A stretch of 64,000 nucleotides of DNA from Dehalococcoidia bacterium (GTDB lineage: Bacteria > Chloroflexota > Dehalococcoidia > Lucifugimonadales > UBA3495). A program made the position numbers and the translations under genes. Below, piece after piece: positions 28,863 to 36,998 of the stretch. The notes below the pieces were generated by a model. It saw only the letters and a list, made by a program, of their open reading frames with translations, made no database searches and was not told where the DNA came from. Location of the stretch: NCBI GenBank assembly GCA_965217175.1, contig OZ244251.1, forward strand, positions 2,992,682 through 3,056,681. The letters run 5' to 3'. Every line of letters begins with the position of its first letter. The stretch's first letter is position 1.

Positions 28863-29530
28863 GAGGTCCTGGAACAGGAGGCTGAGGATCGCCGCCACCG
28901 CCGCATCAACCGGCTACGCCGGGAATCCAGGCTGCCCTCGGGCAAGACCTGGGAAACCTTCGAGCACCACCGGGTCCCCCTGGCGCTACGCCAGCAGCTG
29001 GACCATCTGGCCCGGGGCAACTTCGTCGAGCGCGGCGTCAACGTGCTGGCCTTCGGGCTGCCCGGCACCGGCAAGACCCACGCCCTGTGCGCCCTGGGCC
29101 ACCGGCTGGTGGAAGCCGGCCATTCCGTCCTCTTCGCTCCCGCCTACCGCCTGGTGCAGAGCCTGCCCCTGCGTAGGCAGGGGAGCTCCTCGCCGCCAAA
29201 CGCGACCTGGACCTGCCCCGCCGGCTGCGCAAGCTGGACAACTTCGACTTCCTCCTCCTTGATGACCTGGGCTACCTGCCCCAGGGCGCCGAGGAGTCCG
29301 AGGTCCTCTTCACCCTCATCGTCGAGCGCTACGAACGGAGGTCTCTGGGCATCACGTCAAACCTGGTCTTCTCGGAGTGGGAACGCATCTTTGCCAACCC
29401 CATGGCCACCGCTGCGGCCATCGACCGGGTGGTGCATCACTCCGTCATCCTGGAGTTTGACGTCCCCAGCTACCGTACCGACGCTGCCCAACAACGGGGC
29501 CAAGCCGAGGAGGTGAACCGGCAAAACTAG
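28863..29530 (+). pseudogene. istB: IS21 helper ATPase IstB, 3' fragment with 23-nt insertion
   Basis: EVLEQEAEDRRHRRINRLRRESRLP... with Walker A GLPGTGKTH. The frame is broken at 29160-29182; downstream frame reads ELLAAKRDLDLPRRLRKLDNFDFLLLDDLGYLP...DRVVHHSVILEF. Confidence 0.8.
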
Positions 29531-29572
29531 TTGACGCTAAACCGGCAAATATGCTTGACGCGGGACACACCC

Positions 29573-29678
29573 GGACAAACCGGGCATAGTCACCGTCGCG
29601 CACCCCACGCGGGACATCCCGATAGGGACATTGCGTAACATCTTCCGCCAGGCGAATTGGGATTGGAGGGACCGGTAA
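29573..29678 (+). pseudogene. hicA: hicA toxin gene, 3' part
   Basis: In frame after the CACCC duplication: (HP)DKPGIVTVAHPTRDIPIGTLRNIFRQANWDWRDR stop. TAATG overlap with hicB. Confidence 0.8.
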
Positions 29679-30100
29679 TGGAATACCTGATTGTGATCCA
29701 CAAAGACCCGGAATCTGTCTACGGGGTTTCCGTACCCGACCTGCCCGGGTGTTTCTCGGCCGGAGAGACTTTGGCGGAAGCCATGACCGCCGCCCAGGAG
29801 GCTATCATCGGACACATCGATACTCTGCTGATGGACGGCCGGCCGATCCCTGACCAGCTCCCATTCGAAGAGCATCTGGCCGACGAACATTATCGCGACG
29901 GGGTCTGGGCGCTGGTGAACATCGACATGTCGAAGATCTCCGGCAAAGCAGTCCGCATCAACATAACCGTCCCGCAGCGCGTGTTGAATATCGTCGACGC
30001 TGCCGCTTCCCTATCTGGCGAATCGCGTTCGGGGTTTCTGACCAGGGCAGCTCTGCACGTCATCCAACAAGAAAGTCAACGAGGATTTGGCGACGAGTAG
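29678..30100 (+). CDS. hicB: HicB-family antitoxin (RNase-H-like N domain + RHH-type C domain)
   Basis: MEYLIVIHKDPESVYGVSVPDLPGCFSAGETLAEAMTAAQEAI..., then C-terminal INITVPQRVLNIVDAAASLSGESRSGFLTRAAL. Confidence 0.85.
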   Translation: MEYLIVIHKDPESVYGVSVPDLPGCFSAGETLAEAMTAAQEAIIGHIDTLLMDGRPIPDQLPFEEHLADEHYRDGVWALVNIDMSKISGKAVRINITVPQRVLNIVDAAASLSGESRSGFLTRAALHVIQQESQRGFGDE

Positions 30101-30127
30101 CAAATCACGCTTGTCGCCTGGTTGTCC

Positions 30128-30160
30128 GCCGGGGCTGCGTTGTCGGATGCCGCCTTTCAT
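30128..30160 (-). pseudogene. 33-bp copy of the integrase 5' end (first 11 codons), remnant
   Basis: 32/33 identical to 24507-24539 (MKGGIRQRSPG), then diverges. Its ATG overlaps the stop of the upstream gene (ATGA). Confidence 0.6.
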
Positions 30161-30912
30161 TGGGTTGGCTCTGGCGTCAGGTCAGTTATTGGAAAGACAA
30201 TCGGTTCGCGCCGCAGTTTTTTGAACCGCCTAACAAGAGGCGCGTGGTCTTCAATCATAGCGTTGATTTCAGCGTCCGCGTAATAGAGCTGATGGCACGC
30301 TATCCTGGCGGTCATGTCGGTTTGCCCTATGGCGTTGATCCAAACATCAGGAAACTTCAGGTTCATTAGATGACGCTCTGGAGACACGTGCTCGGCAATG
30401 TTGGACAACAACGACCATTGATAAATCAGCCTTTCTTCGTGTTCGGTTGGCTCATCGTTACGAATGCATTCGCACATCTTGCCGGCGTTTATGAATCTCC
30501 CAGATTGGCGTGGGTCCCTTCGTATGGGCCGATTCTGGGTTTGCCCCAACAATTCCATTAACTCATCCAATTTACTCTGGTATTGCTGCAACTCCGCCGG
30601 CCAGCGCTTAAAATATTGGATGTCTATCATGTGTTCTACGGCGGGCCGAAGAACGGTCAAGGCGTCCACCAGAAACCCGCAGTAGAGTTGGACGTGGGCG
30701 CTCGCGAGAGTATGGGCGATATCGAAATGATTCCACGAAACTATCTTGGCCAACCGTGAAAGGTCGGACTTATTCTGCCAGTAGAGATGTACTGCCGCAT
30801 CGCCATGCCACTCTATCAACTCCCAAAGTTCTTGCAATTTGGGTAACCAAGTAGTCAAGGAGTGCTTGATCGCCCCGGGTATACGGATCATCAGATAATC
30901 ATCATTTGTCAT
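30157..30912 (-). CDS. hypothetical all-alpha-looking protein (251 aa), unknown function
   Basis: ATG at 30912 overlaps the upstream stop (ATGA). No motif I can name. Contains R-x6-H (IRNDEPTEH). Visibly lower GC than surroundings. Confidence 0.6.
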   Translation of the reverse strand: MTNDDYLMIRIPGAIKHSLTTWLPKLQELWELIEWHGDAAVHLYWQNKSDLSRLAKIVSWNHFDIAHTLASAHVQLYCGFLVDALTVLRPAVEHMIDIQYFKRWPAELQQYQSKLDELMELLGQTQNRPIRRDPRQSGRFINAGKMCECIRNDEPTEHEERLIYQWSLLSNIAEHVSPERHLMNLKFPDVWINAIGQTDMTARIACHQLYYADAEINAMIEDHAPLVRRFKKLRREPIVFPITDLTPEPTQ

Positions 30913-31238
30913 CGCATCACTGTCTGGTAATAGCAACGGCACCAGTCGCCGCTCGGGTTCTTATTGCCCTGGTTGCTGCAGGTCGGGCAGGGTATAGGCA
31001 TCCGATCCAACGCCTCGTCATCGGATAGTGTCCACGTATCCTTGAATGCTGCGCCCGCTGCCTGGCTGCCCGCCGGGGCGGCATAGTTGCGGTGGGAATT
31101 TAACGGCGGGTTGAGATAGATCAAGTCCTCCGACTCGCTGTTCATGCCCTGCATAATGTCGATGTTGTCCCGCGTCGAGATTGTTTTGCCCGTGAAGTTC
31201 ATCACGTTTGAGTCGCCCTTCTTGACGTTGGTGGTCAT
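30909..31238 (-). CDS. DNA-methyltransferase N-terminal-like small protein, motif IV degenerate (NPPL); probable remnant
   Basis: MNFTGKTISTRDNIDIMQGMNSESEDLIYLNPPLNSHRNYAAPAGSQAAGAAFKDTWTLSDD aligns position-by-position with the MTase N-fragment at 39627-39827, then loses similarity. Confidence 0.5.
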   Translation of the reverse strand: MTTNVKKGDSNVMNFTGKTISTRDNIDIMQGMNSESEDLIYLNPPLNSHRNYAAPAGSQAAGAAFKDTWTLSDDEALDRMPIPCPTCSNQGNKNPSGDWCRCYYQTVMR

Positions 31239-31267
31239 CTATTATTTGGTCATTCCATCCAACGCGC

Positions 31268-32254
31268 TCATAGCCCTGCCATATTTATTTGACATGCTAA
31301 AGAGCTTGAGTCGGGCCAGTCTTCGGGGTTGTTGGGCAATCTGACACGCCTCCCGACGAATTCTTTGTATGTAGAATGGATCAAATCGGGCGCAGCCAAA
31401 ACTTTCTTCGTTTCTGGGTCTATGGCAATCAATCCCAAATCGAAGAGCGTGTGTAAGTCGGCGCGCAGCAGTAGCCCGTTTGAGAGCTGATTGTTTCCTG
31501 TCTCCGCGTACTTCAAAATGTGGCACGCTTCCAGTGCTTCTGCCCCGTCACAGGAAGAAATCGCACATTTTCCTTGGTATGCCTCCAACAATTTTGTCCG
31601 AAAATCTCGTTGGCCTCGTCTTTCTGCAATGGTTCGAGTAACACGATTGACCGCTTCCGCATAGTTGGGTGGTTTGTGAAAATCTGGTCCTACGTCGACT
31701 TTTGCTACAACAGCGCGTAAGTTTCCTTTGAGGATGGAGGTCGTTGGCCCTCCGGACAGCGTTTCGTTTTCTGGCGATGACGCGTTCATCGCAAAGAGAT
31801 CCTTGCCAACCCTGTCCGGTAGCCCCCGGAAAGTGAAATATCGTTCGCCTCTGTCGACCACCATCGCCAAACCTAAAACCTTGTGTATTCGACTCCCAGG
31901 ATATTGGTAGGTGGATTGCCACAATACCCCGATTGGGATCGAGTCATTCAAACATTTAGCGACGCGCTGAACTCCATTCTGATCGCTATGGTGGAACGTC
32001 AAGGACCAGGAGTCGTCGGGCTGATACACGAGATTCCCGCCCGTCCTTACACTCACGGCATATTCACCTTTTTTGGACAATCGACAGATATGTTTGTAGG
32101 GGAAGATCAGTGGTATCCCATCCTGCAATTGCAGGTCATGATAATCATGCTCTTCACCAACGTGATGGGCGTACCAATGCAGAACTCGCCGATGATCTCC
32201 GTGTAAGTTGCCAACGGACTCTTTCAACGCAAGGTCCAAGCGATCGAAAGTCAT
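31268..32254 (-). CDS. HNH endonuclease with SRA/PUA-like N-terminal domain (type IV restriction-like)
   Basis: C-terminal HNH_2-type pattern: YQGKCAISSCDGAEALEACHILKYAETGNNQLSNGLLLRADLHTLFDLGLIAID. N-domain with IPIGVLWQ...HKVLGLAMV resembles SRA-type readers (inference). Confidence 0.75.
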   Translation of the reverse strand: MTFDRLDLALKESVGNLHGDHRRVLHWYAHHVGEEHDYHDLQLQDGIPLIFPYKHICRLSKKGEYAVSVRTGGNLVYQPDDSWSLTFHHSDQNGVQRVAKCLNDSIPIGVLWQSTYQYPGSRIHKVLGLAMVVDRGERYFTFRGLPDRVGKDLFAMNASSPENETLSGGPTTSILKGNLRAVVAKVDVGPDFHKPPNYAEAVNRVTRTIAERRGQRDFRTKLLEAYQGKCAISSCDGAEALEACHILKYAETGNNQLSNGLLLRADLHTLFDLGLIAIDPETKKVLAAPDLIHSTYKEFVGRRVRLPNNPEDWPDSSSLACQINMAGL

Positions 32255-32273
32255 AGGCTCCTTCTCCTGAATC

Positions 32274-32663
32274 TCAAAGCAAACTCACTTGTCCCCAGGT
32301 ATCTGGCGCATTCTCCCAAAGTCCGTGCATGGGAATGCCGAAGTGTTCGGCCACCTCGGCCATGGAGCCCAGCCGCTCAGCCAGCACCTCGGCCTCGTCA
32401 ACCAACAGGCCGTAGGCGAAGTCCTCTGCCTCTCGCTCGAAAGGGATGGCAAGGCCGGTCCGGGACCGGAGCCAGATCTGGTTTCCGGGATGCAGCACTC
32501 GGTGACCGATGCCGTGGGCGATGGCCCAACGCCGCTCCTGGTCGTTCAGATCGTGGGAGACGGCCATGCTGCGCCCCACCATGGTTTCGTGGATCTCATC
32601 GGACGGTAGGGGCCACGAGAACACGTCGAGGCCCATACGCTCGGCGATTTCCTGAGCGTTCAC
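32274..32663 (-). CDS. ImmA/IrrE (COG2856)-like domain protein with HGIGH instead of HExxH
   Basis: RRWAIAHGIGHRVLHPGN...EREAEDFAYGLL matches the ImmA/IrrE layout, but the catalytic Glu position is Gly. GTG start; a short upstream ORF in another frame hints at a 5' frameshift. Confidence 0.55.
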   Translation of the reverse strand: MNAQEIAERMGLDVFSWPLPSDEIHETMVGRSMAVSHDLNDQERRWAIAHGIGHRVLHPGNQIWLRSRTGLAIPFEREAEDFAYGLLVDEAEVLAERLGSMAEVAEHFGIPMHGLWENAPDTWGQVSLL

Positions 32664-32845
32664 GCTGCCGGTGAGGGCATATTTTGCCGGAGCAGCCGGC
32701 CCTTGTCCATGGATTTCATGAAGTAGCTCGGGCTAAATGGGTATCACAGCATCATGGGAGTTTGGGTATATGGTTCGCAAACTGCAAATCCCAACACGTC
32801 GGAGTACCTAGGCAGTTGTGTATCGTAGGTATGAAATTCGTCGAT

Positions 32846-33238
32846 TCAAATCCCGTTTCTAGATAACCATTGGGCCGTAGCTAGGTGCACGGCGTCGAGG
32901 GGTTTTAAACTCCATCCGAGCGGGATGCCTCGCCTCATCAGATCCCGAGCTAATTTTCCTATGATGTCGATAAACTCGACAGATACGATGGCCTTGGGAT
33001 CGGTCCAAAGAGTGTCGATTCTTCCCTCTATTAGAGCATCAAGTTGCCCAGATCCTCGTTCCGACTCCGAGAAAGCTACTTCCACATGGCTCAATGTCGA
33101 TGTATATATCTGGATGTCCCCGTCGGGGTTGCTTCTTGCCAAAAGAGATCCCAATGTGGGGCCCCTTCCTGGTGTGTCTTCAATGTAGGACACGAACAGG
33201 CATGAATCCCAATAAACGGCCCGATGGTCTTTAGGCAT
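32846..33238 (-). CDS. PIN-domain protein (VapC-like toxin candidate)
   Basis: ATG at 33238. Acidic positions in PIN-like context: VYWDSCLF, STLSHVEV, LKPLDAVHLATA. The start overlaps the upstream gene end by 8 nt. Confidence 0.65.
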   Translation of the reverse strand: MPKDHRAVYWDSCLFVSYIEDTPGRGPTLGSLLARSNPDGDIQIYTSTLSHVEVAFSESERGSGQLDALIEGRIDTLWTDPKAIVSVEFIDIIGKLARDLMRRGIPLGWSLKPLDAVHLATAQWLSRNGI

Positions 33239-33545
33239 CACGCATCCGCCGTATGAGGTCTTCAGGGGCTTCAAAGCCCGGCTGCCATGGAACCGCTCCC
33301 CGGGCCAGTTGGTAGGCGCCAGGCTCTTTCTCTTCAATTACCTCAATATCAATAATCCGCCGGATGACGGTTGGATTGCCTGTGCTTTCCTCTCGGGATA
33401 CCGTACCGCTGACTCGGGCCATGCGGCCCCAAGCTTGGCGCATCCTGTCTTCCTGACCCGGTTCCAAATAGCAAGCAACCGCTCTGTCGTGGATGTTGTC
33501 GTACAGGTTGAAACGCAAGCCAGACCGGTTGCTGAGTGTCTGCAC
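33231..33545 (-). CDS. hypothetical protein upstream of PIN (antitoxin candidate)
   Basis: 104-aa ORF (GTG start). The frame is open upstream to ~33685 without another start codon. No recognised motif. Confidence 0.4.
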   Translation of the reverse strand: MQTLSNRSGLRFNLYDNIHDRAVACYLEPGQEDRMRQAWGRMARVSGTVSREESTGNPTVIRRIIDIEVIEEKEPGAYQLARGAVPWQPGFEAPEDLIRRMRDA

Positions 33546-33730
33546 TCGACCAGTAACCGCGCCGATGGACTGCGTGGTGCGACGCGGACTGCTAGTAGAC
33601 CAACCGCTTTGAAATGATGGGAATCCGTCTTCACGCCTTGCTTTAGACCGACTTCGCTGGAGAACCAGGACGAAGCCAGCAACTCATCATTTCAAAGATT
33701 TCGGACCACTAGGCGCGTCGTTTCGATAGA

Positions 33731-34189
33731 TTACGTGGTCAATATCTGGGTTTCGAACCTGACGTATTCCACTGACTCAACCAGGGAAGCGACGGCACCG
33801 GCGGCCTTAACAACCAACCCGCGAAAATCTTCTACGGGCTCGTGTCGGGCCAACGTGTTTCCGATTCTTTCGTATTCGCTCATGATGTCATCGACCGCTT
33901 CCATGCGTTCTGACTCGCCTCGAAAAGTGGCGATGGCACTACCGGGCTGTAAATCCTCGACAACCCAACGTATGTCCGAACTACGTGGGGTCAACGCCAT
34001 TATCAGTCGCCGGAAGGCGGTGATGCCCTTGGCCAAGTCGCTCAGTTCGACTCGTCCTCCGAGCTCAAATGTGACGGTGGACTTAGGCATCTCTGGCCGC
34101 TCCCACACGTGCGCGGGCGTTCTCAGACCCATCCGGGCAAGGTTCGCCATGGCACGGCGCAACAGGGTGGTGTCCTTGCAGGATTGCAC
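33731..34189 (-). CDS. hypothetical protein
   Basis: 152-aa ORF between XRE and the PIN pair. An internal ATG (MPKSTVTFEL) with GGGAG upstream is a possible true start. Confidence 0.4.
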   Translation of the reverse strand: MQSCKDTTLLRRAMANLARMGLRTPAHVWERPEMPKSTVTFELGGRVELSDLAKGITAFRRLIMALTPRSSDIRWVVEDLQPGSAIATFRGESERMEAVDDIMSEYERIGNTLARHEPVEDFRGLVVKAAGAVASLVESVEYVRFETQILTT

Positions 34190-34233
34190 TCGGCGGGCCT
34201 GACTGGCTCACTCCCGCTGTCATCGCGATAACG

Positions 34234-34638
34234 CTATTCCCCATCCCGTTCACGGCGCGCCCTTTCCTCCCGTTCGTATGTGAACCGCACGAAGTCGGCG
34301 ATGGCCTTTATGGCCTCCGGGGACAGTTCCCTCGCCACTTGGCGTAGCGCCAGGCTGGCCTCGTTCTCGATGAGCTCCCAATCCGCCTCTATGTCGGATT
34401 GCTCCGGGTCGGGCTCGGCGGGTCCGTCGTCGCCGAGCAACCATTCGGTGGACCTGCCGTAGAGCACGGCCAGCAATTTTAATGCGGCCTGGGACGGGTA
34501 ACCCAGGGCTCTCTCGTAACGCGCTATTGAAGTCGTGCTGAGCCCAGCTTGCTCAGCAGCTTTTTCCTGGGTTAAGCCCGCCCTTTTTCTGGCTTCGGCC
34601 AACCGTGCCGGTATCGGATATGTGCGACTGCTGGGCAT
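34234..34638 (-). CDS. XRE-family HTH transcriptional regulator (cI-like)
   Basis: ATG at 34638 after AAGGA. LAEARKRAGLTQEKAAEQAGLSTTSIARYERALGYPS is a canonical XRE HTH. Confidence 0.85.
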   Translation of the reverse strand: MPSSRTYPIPARLAEARKRAGLTQEKAAEQAGLSTTSIARYERALGYPSQAALKLLAVLYGRSTEWLLGDDGPAEPDPEQSDIEADWELIENEASLALRQVARELSPEAIKAIADFVRFTYEREERARRERDGE

Positions 34639-34689
34639 GGAAATCCTTACTACATGGTGTAATAAAACTTCTTGACACGCCATATCATC

Positions 34690-34722
34690 ATGTAATTTAT
34701 TGCCAGCAACCAATAATTACAT
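34690..34722. promoter_or_regulatory. AT-rich inverted repeat in the divergent XRE/Cro-like intergenic region (operator candidate); TTGACA at 34672-77
   Basis: ATGTAATTTATTG ... CAATAATTACAT read directly; near-perfect arms separated by 8 nt. Confidence 0.4.
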
Positions 34723-34728
34723 CATCTC

Positions 34729-35154
34729 ATGTACGTCCAAGGCCAAAGGTCGCCATACATGGAAAAATCGCCGACTCAGGAAAAACTCGAGGCACAGCGT
34801 CGGATGGATATTCACGACATCGTCGCTCAGACCTTGACTCAACATCATGGCCAAAAATACATGGTCATGCTGGCCGCTGTGGACCTCGGCGTATCCGACG
34901 TAACCGTACACCGATGGTGCAACCAGCTGGGCATCGACATCGCCGGGTACCGCCGGCCATCGGACGCCGTCAACCCCGGACCCGAGGCGGTGATGGACCT
35001 ACACGCCGCCCTCGCCATCTGCTTCTTCGTGGGCTGCGGGCTCATGTTGGCCCAATCGGTAATCCTTTTCCGCATGGGCAAAGCCATGGATAGTCTATAT
35101 GCCGAATTGAGCCGCGTCCTAAGCCAACCCGAGGACCAGGAGCCGCGGCAATGA
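34729..35154 (+). CDS. Cro-like HTH protein with C-terminal TM helix
   Basis: MLAAVDLGVSDVTVHRWCNQLGI (HTH-like), then ALAICFFVGCGLMLAQSVILF. ATG at 34759 is an alternative start. Divergent from the XRE gene. Confidence 0.5.
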   Translation: MYVQGQRSPYMEKSPTQEKLEAQRRMDIHDIVAQTLTQHHGQKYMVMLAAVDLGVSDVTVHRWCNQLGIDIAGYRRPSDAVNPGPEAVMDLHAALAICFFVGCGLMLAQSVILFRMGKAMDSLYAELSRVLSQPEDQEPRQ

Positions 35155-35300
35155 CCTATTCGCTGCTCACCACGCTGGCCATCACCATCTGCTTCGTGGT
35201 GGTGGGAGCCGGCCTACTGGCTCACTCGTTGATCCTGTACCGCATGAGTAGGCGACTGCGTTTTTTTGGGAGCCATCCTCAACGAGATATTCACCGATAA
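35151..35300 (+). CDS. small TM peptide, paralog of the preceding C-terminus (possibly frameshifted)
   Basis: Own translation: MTYSLLTTLAITICFVVVGAGLLAHSLILYRM... with ATGA overlap to the previous stop. After a T6G3 run the +1 frame (GAILNEIFTD) continues the similarity. Confidence 0.3.
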   Translation: MTYSLLTTLAITICFVVVGAGLLAHSLILYRMSRRLRFFGSHPQRDIHR

Positions 35301-35731
35301 CCAGAACTCTGGAGCGCCGGAGAGAAAGTGCGGTACAGGAGCACAGTACCAAAAGCGCCATGCGGAGGGCGAGCGATGACCACCAGAGACACAAAACCGT
35401 TCGGCAGGGTGTTCTGGCACAACTCGCCGCATATCCCCTCCTCCCCGGCCAGGGAGTCAAACGCGCCTCCGGTCGGGACCATGCCCACAGACGAACACCA
35501 CGAACCTCGGGCCGCCCGACAGACCTGCTCTCACTGCGGCGCCACCTACACAATTTGCCCCGGCTGCGGATCGCCCGTGCATCACGGCCGGCGCAACTAC
35601 GGCGACCACTGCCCGCGCTACCCGTGCCTGTTCAGCAACCATCCCCGGGCCCGGCAAGGGTTCACACCGACCGAATTCACCTGATTAGCCGACAACCCCG
35701 GCCAACCGCCGCCGCTCCAGGAGCAATCGCA

Positions 35732-35941
35732 ATGACCGAAAAGATGGGATACAGCGTCGCCGAGGCCGCCAAGGCCATCGGCATCTCCGAGACCAAGATG
35801 CGCGAGCTATGCCTGCGAGGGGTGGTCAAGTCCATCAAGTTGGAGGGCCGGCGCATCGTGCCGCGTTGGGTGCTGGAGGAGTTGCTCCAGACCCCGCCGA
35901 CCAAGCCAGACCCCATCGACTCGTCGGCATTGTACTCGTAG
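35732..35941 (+). CDS. excisionase/MerR-type HTH DNA-binding protein
   Basis: ATG at 35732 after AGGAG. MTEKMGYSVAEAAKAIGISETKMRELCLRGVVKSIKLEGRRIVPRWVLEE. Confidence 0.7.
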   Translation: MTEKMGYSVAEAAKAIGISETKMRELCLRGVVKSIKLEGRRIVPRWVLEELLQTPPTKPDPIDSSALYS

Positions 35942-36308
35942 CCGCAACCTTCACCACCTACGGAGACCGAGATTAACCAGTTTGAACGGATGTGGATCGC
36001 AGCCGTCAGAGCGGCTGCCCATTCCGAATCGCTGGCCGATGTTGTTGACGCCATGAATAACTCGGCTGACGGCCCCACCATGAAGGATTGGGCTACTGCC
36101 GTTCAGGGCCGTGCCGAAGAACTCTACCTACTGATAAGCAACGGACCGAAGGGCCACGGCTGACCGGCCGGCATGGTGTCCAGGACCATCTTCACCTGGT
36201 TGGGGGTCCAGTAGTGGGGGAGTCCTCGCGTGGTCATGGGGCCAATCTATCATGGCAGACTTCCGTCCAAAATCTGCCATTCGTCGGTCGATTTATCGAA
36301 GCCTTTGA

Positions 36309-36998
36309 CTATCGCCTGCGTCGTCGCCCTGTGCGCTCAGCGGCCCGTCCCATCTGGAGGTTACTTTCGTTCTTCATCCAACCGTTGGCCCGATTTACTT
36401 GTTGCAACGCGATGAGCGTGTAGCGGTCGCGCTTTTCCTTGTTGCACGGCGGGCACAAAAGTGTCAGATTTTCGTAAGCGTCCGTTCCACCTTGAGAACG
36501 CGGGTTGATGTGGTCAACCTCCAGCGCGCGCCGGTCAAAAGCGTAGTCCGCGCCACAACCTTGGCAGAAAGCGCCGATGTCGGTCAGCGAACGCCCGTGT
36601 TGCGTCCTCGGACGAGGATACTGCAATGCGCGACCCGTTGGGGTTCGGAGCGTCAGCGTGGCGGGTTCCCCATCATCGGTTCGTTTCGCAGGTTTTGATT
36701 CGTATTGAATATCGGCAAAATTGAGCGACTGCTGTCCGCCGCGCCTGCCGCGACGGTTCTTGACGGCCAATCCCTCCGACTCCAATCTGTCTAACACCAT
36801 TTGGTGAGCACCAGTCCAAATGTCCATACCAACCCACTGCTGGCTCAGCCGTTCAGCGGCAACCGGGGTGGTAGCGCATCCGCAGAACGGGTCCAGCACC
36901 AAGTCTCCTACGTTGCTGCTGGCTTCAATCAATATTTCGTACAACGCCAAAGGCTTTTGGGTCGTATAACCCGTAGATGGTGTTGTTACCTGGCCCAC
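36309..36998 (-). pseudogene. C-terminal fragment of a beta-class DNA methyltransferase fused to an HNH nuclease domain
   Basis: GYTTQKPLALYEILIEASSNVGDLVLDPFCGCATT (motifs X and I), then EVDHINPRSQGGTDAYENLTLLCPPCNKEK (HNH). The N-terminal two thirds of the MTase are absent here. Confidence 0.8.

Larger units (their letters stand above)
24675..29567 (+). mobile_element. IS21-family element (degraded) carrying two nested IS elements
   Basis: TG...CA termini with repeated TTTGCCGGT blocks at both ends. 5-bp target duplication CACCC (24670-74 and 29568-72). Contains istA and istB. About 2.49 kb remain once nested elements and their duplications are subtracted. Confidence 0.85.

Noticed and set aside
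35328-35684. 118-aa ORF with a zinc-ribbon-like CSHCG...CPGCG
   Set aside because: The composition upstream is shadow-like, it overlaps another long open frame, and it has no SD. Possibly a real small Zn-ribbon protein starting at MPTDEHH, but not supportable.
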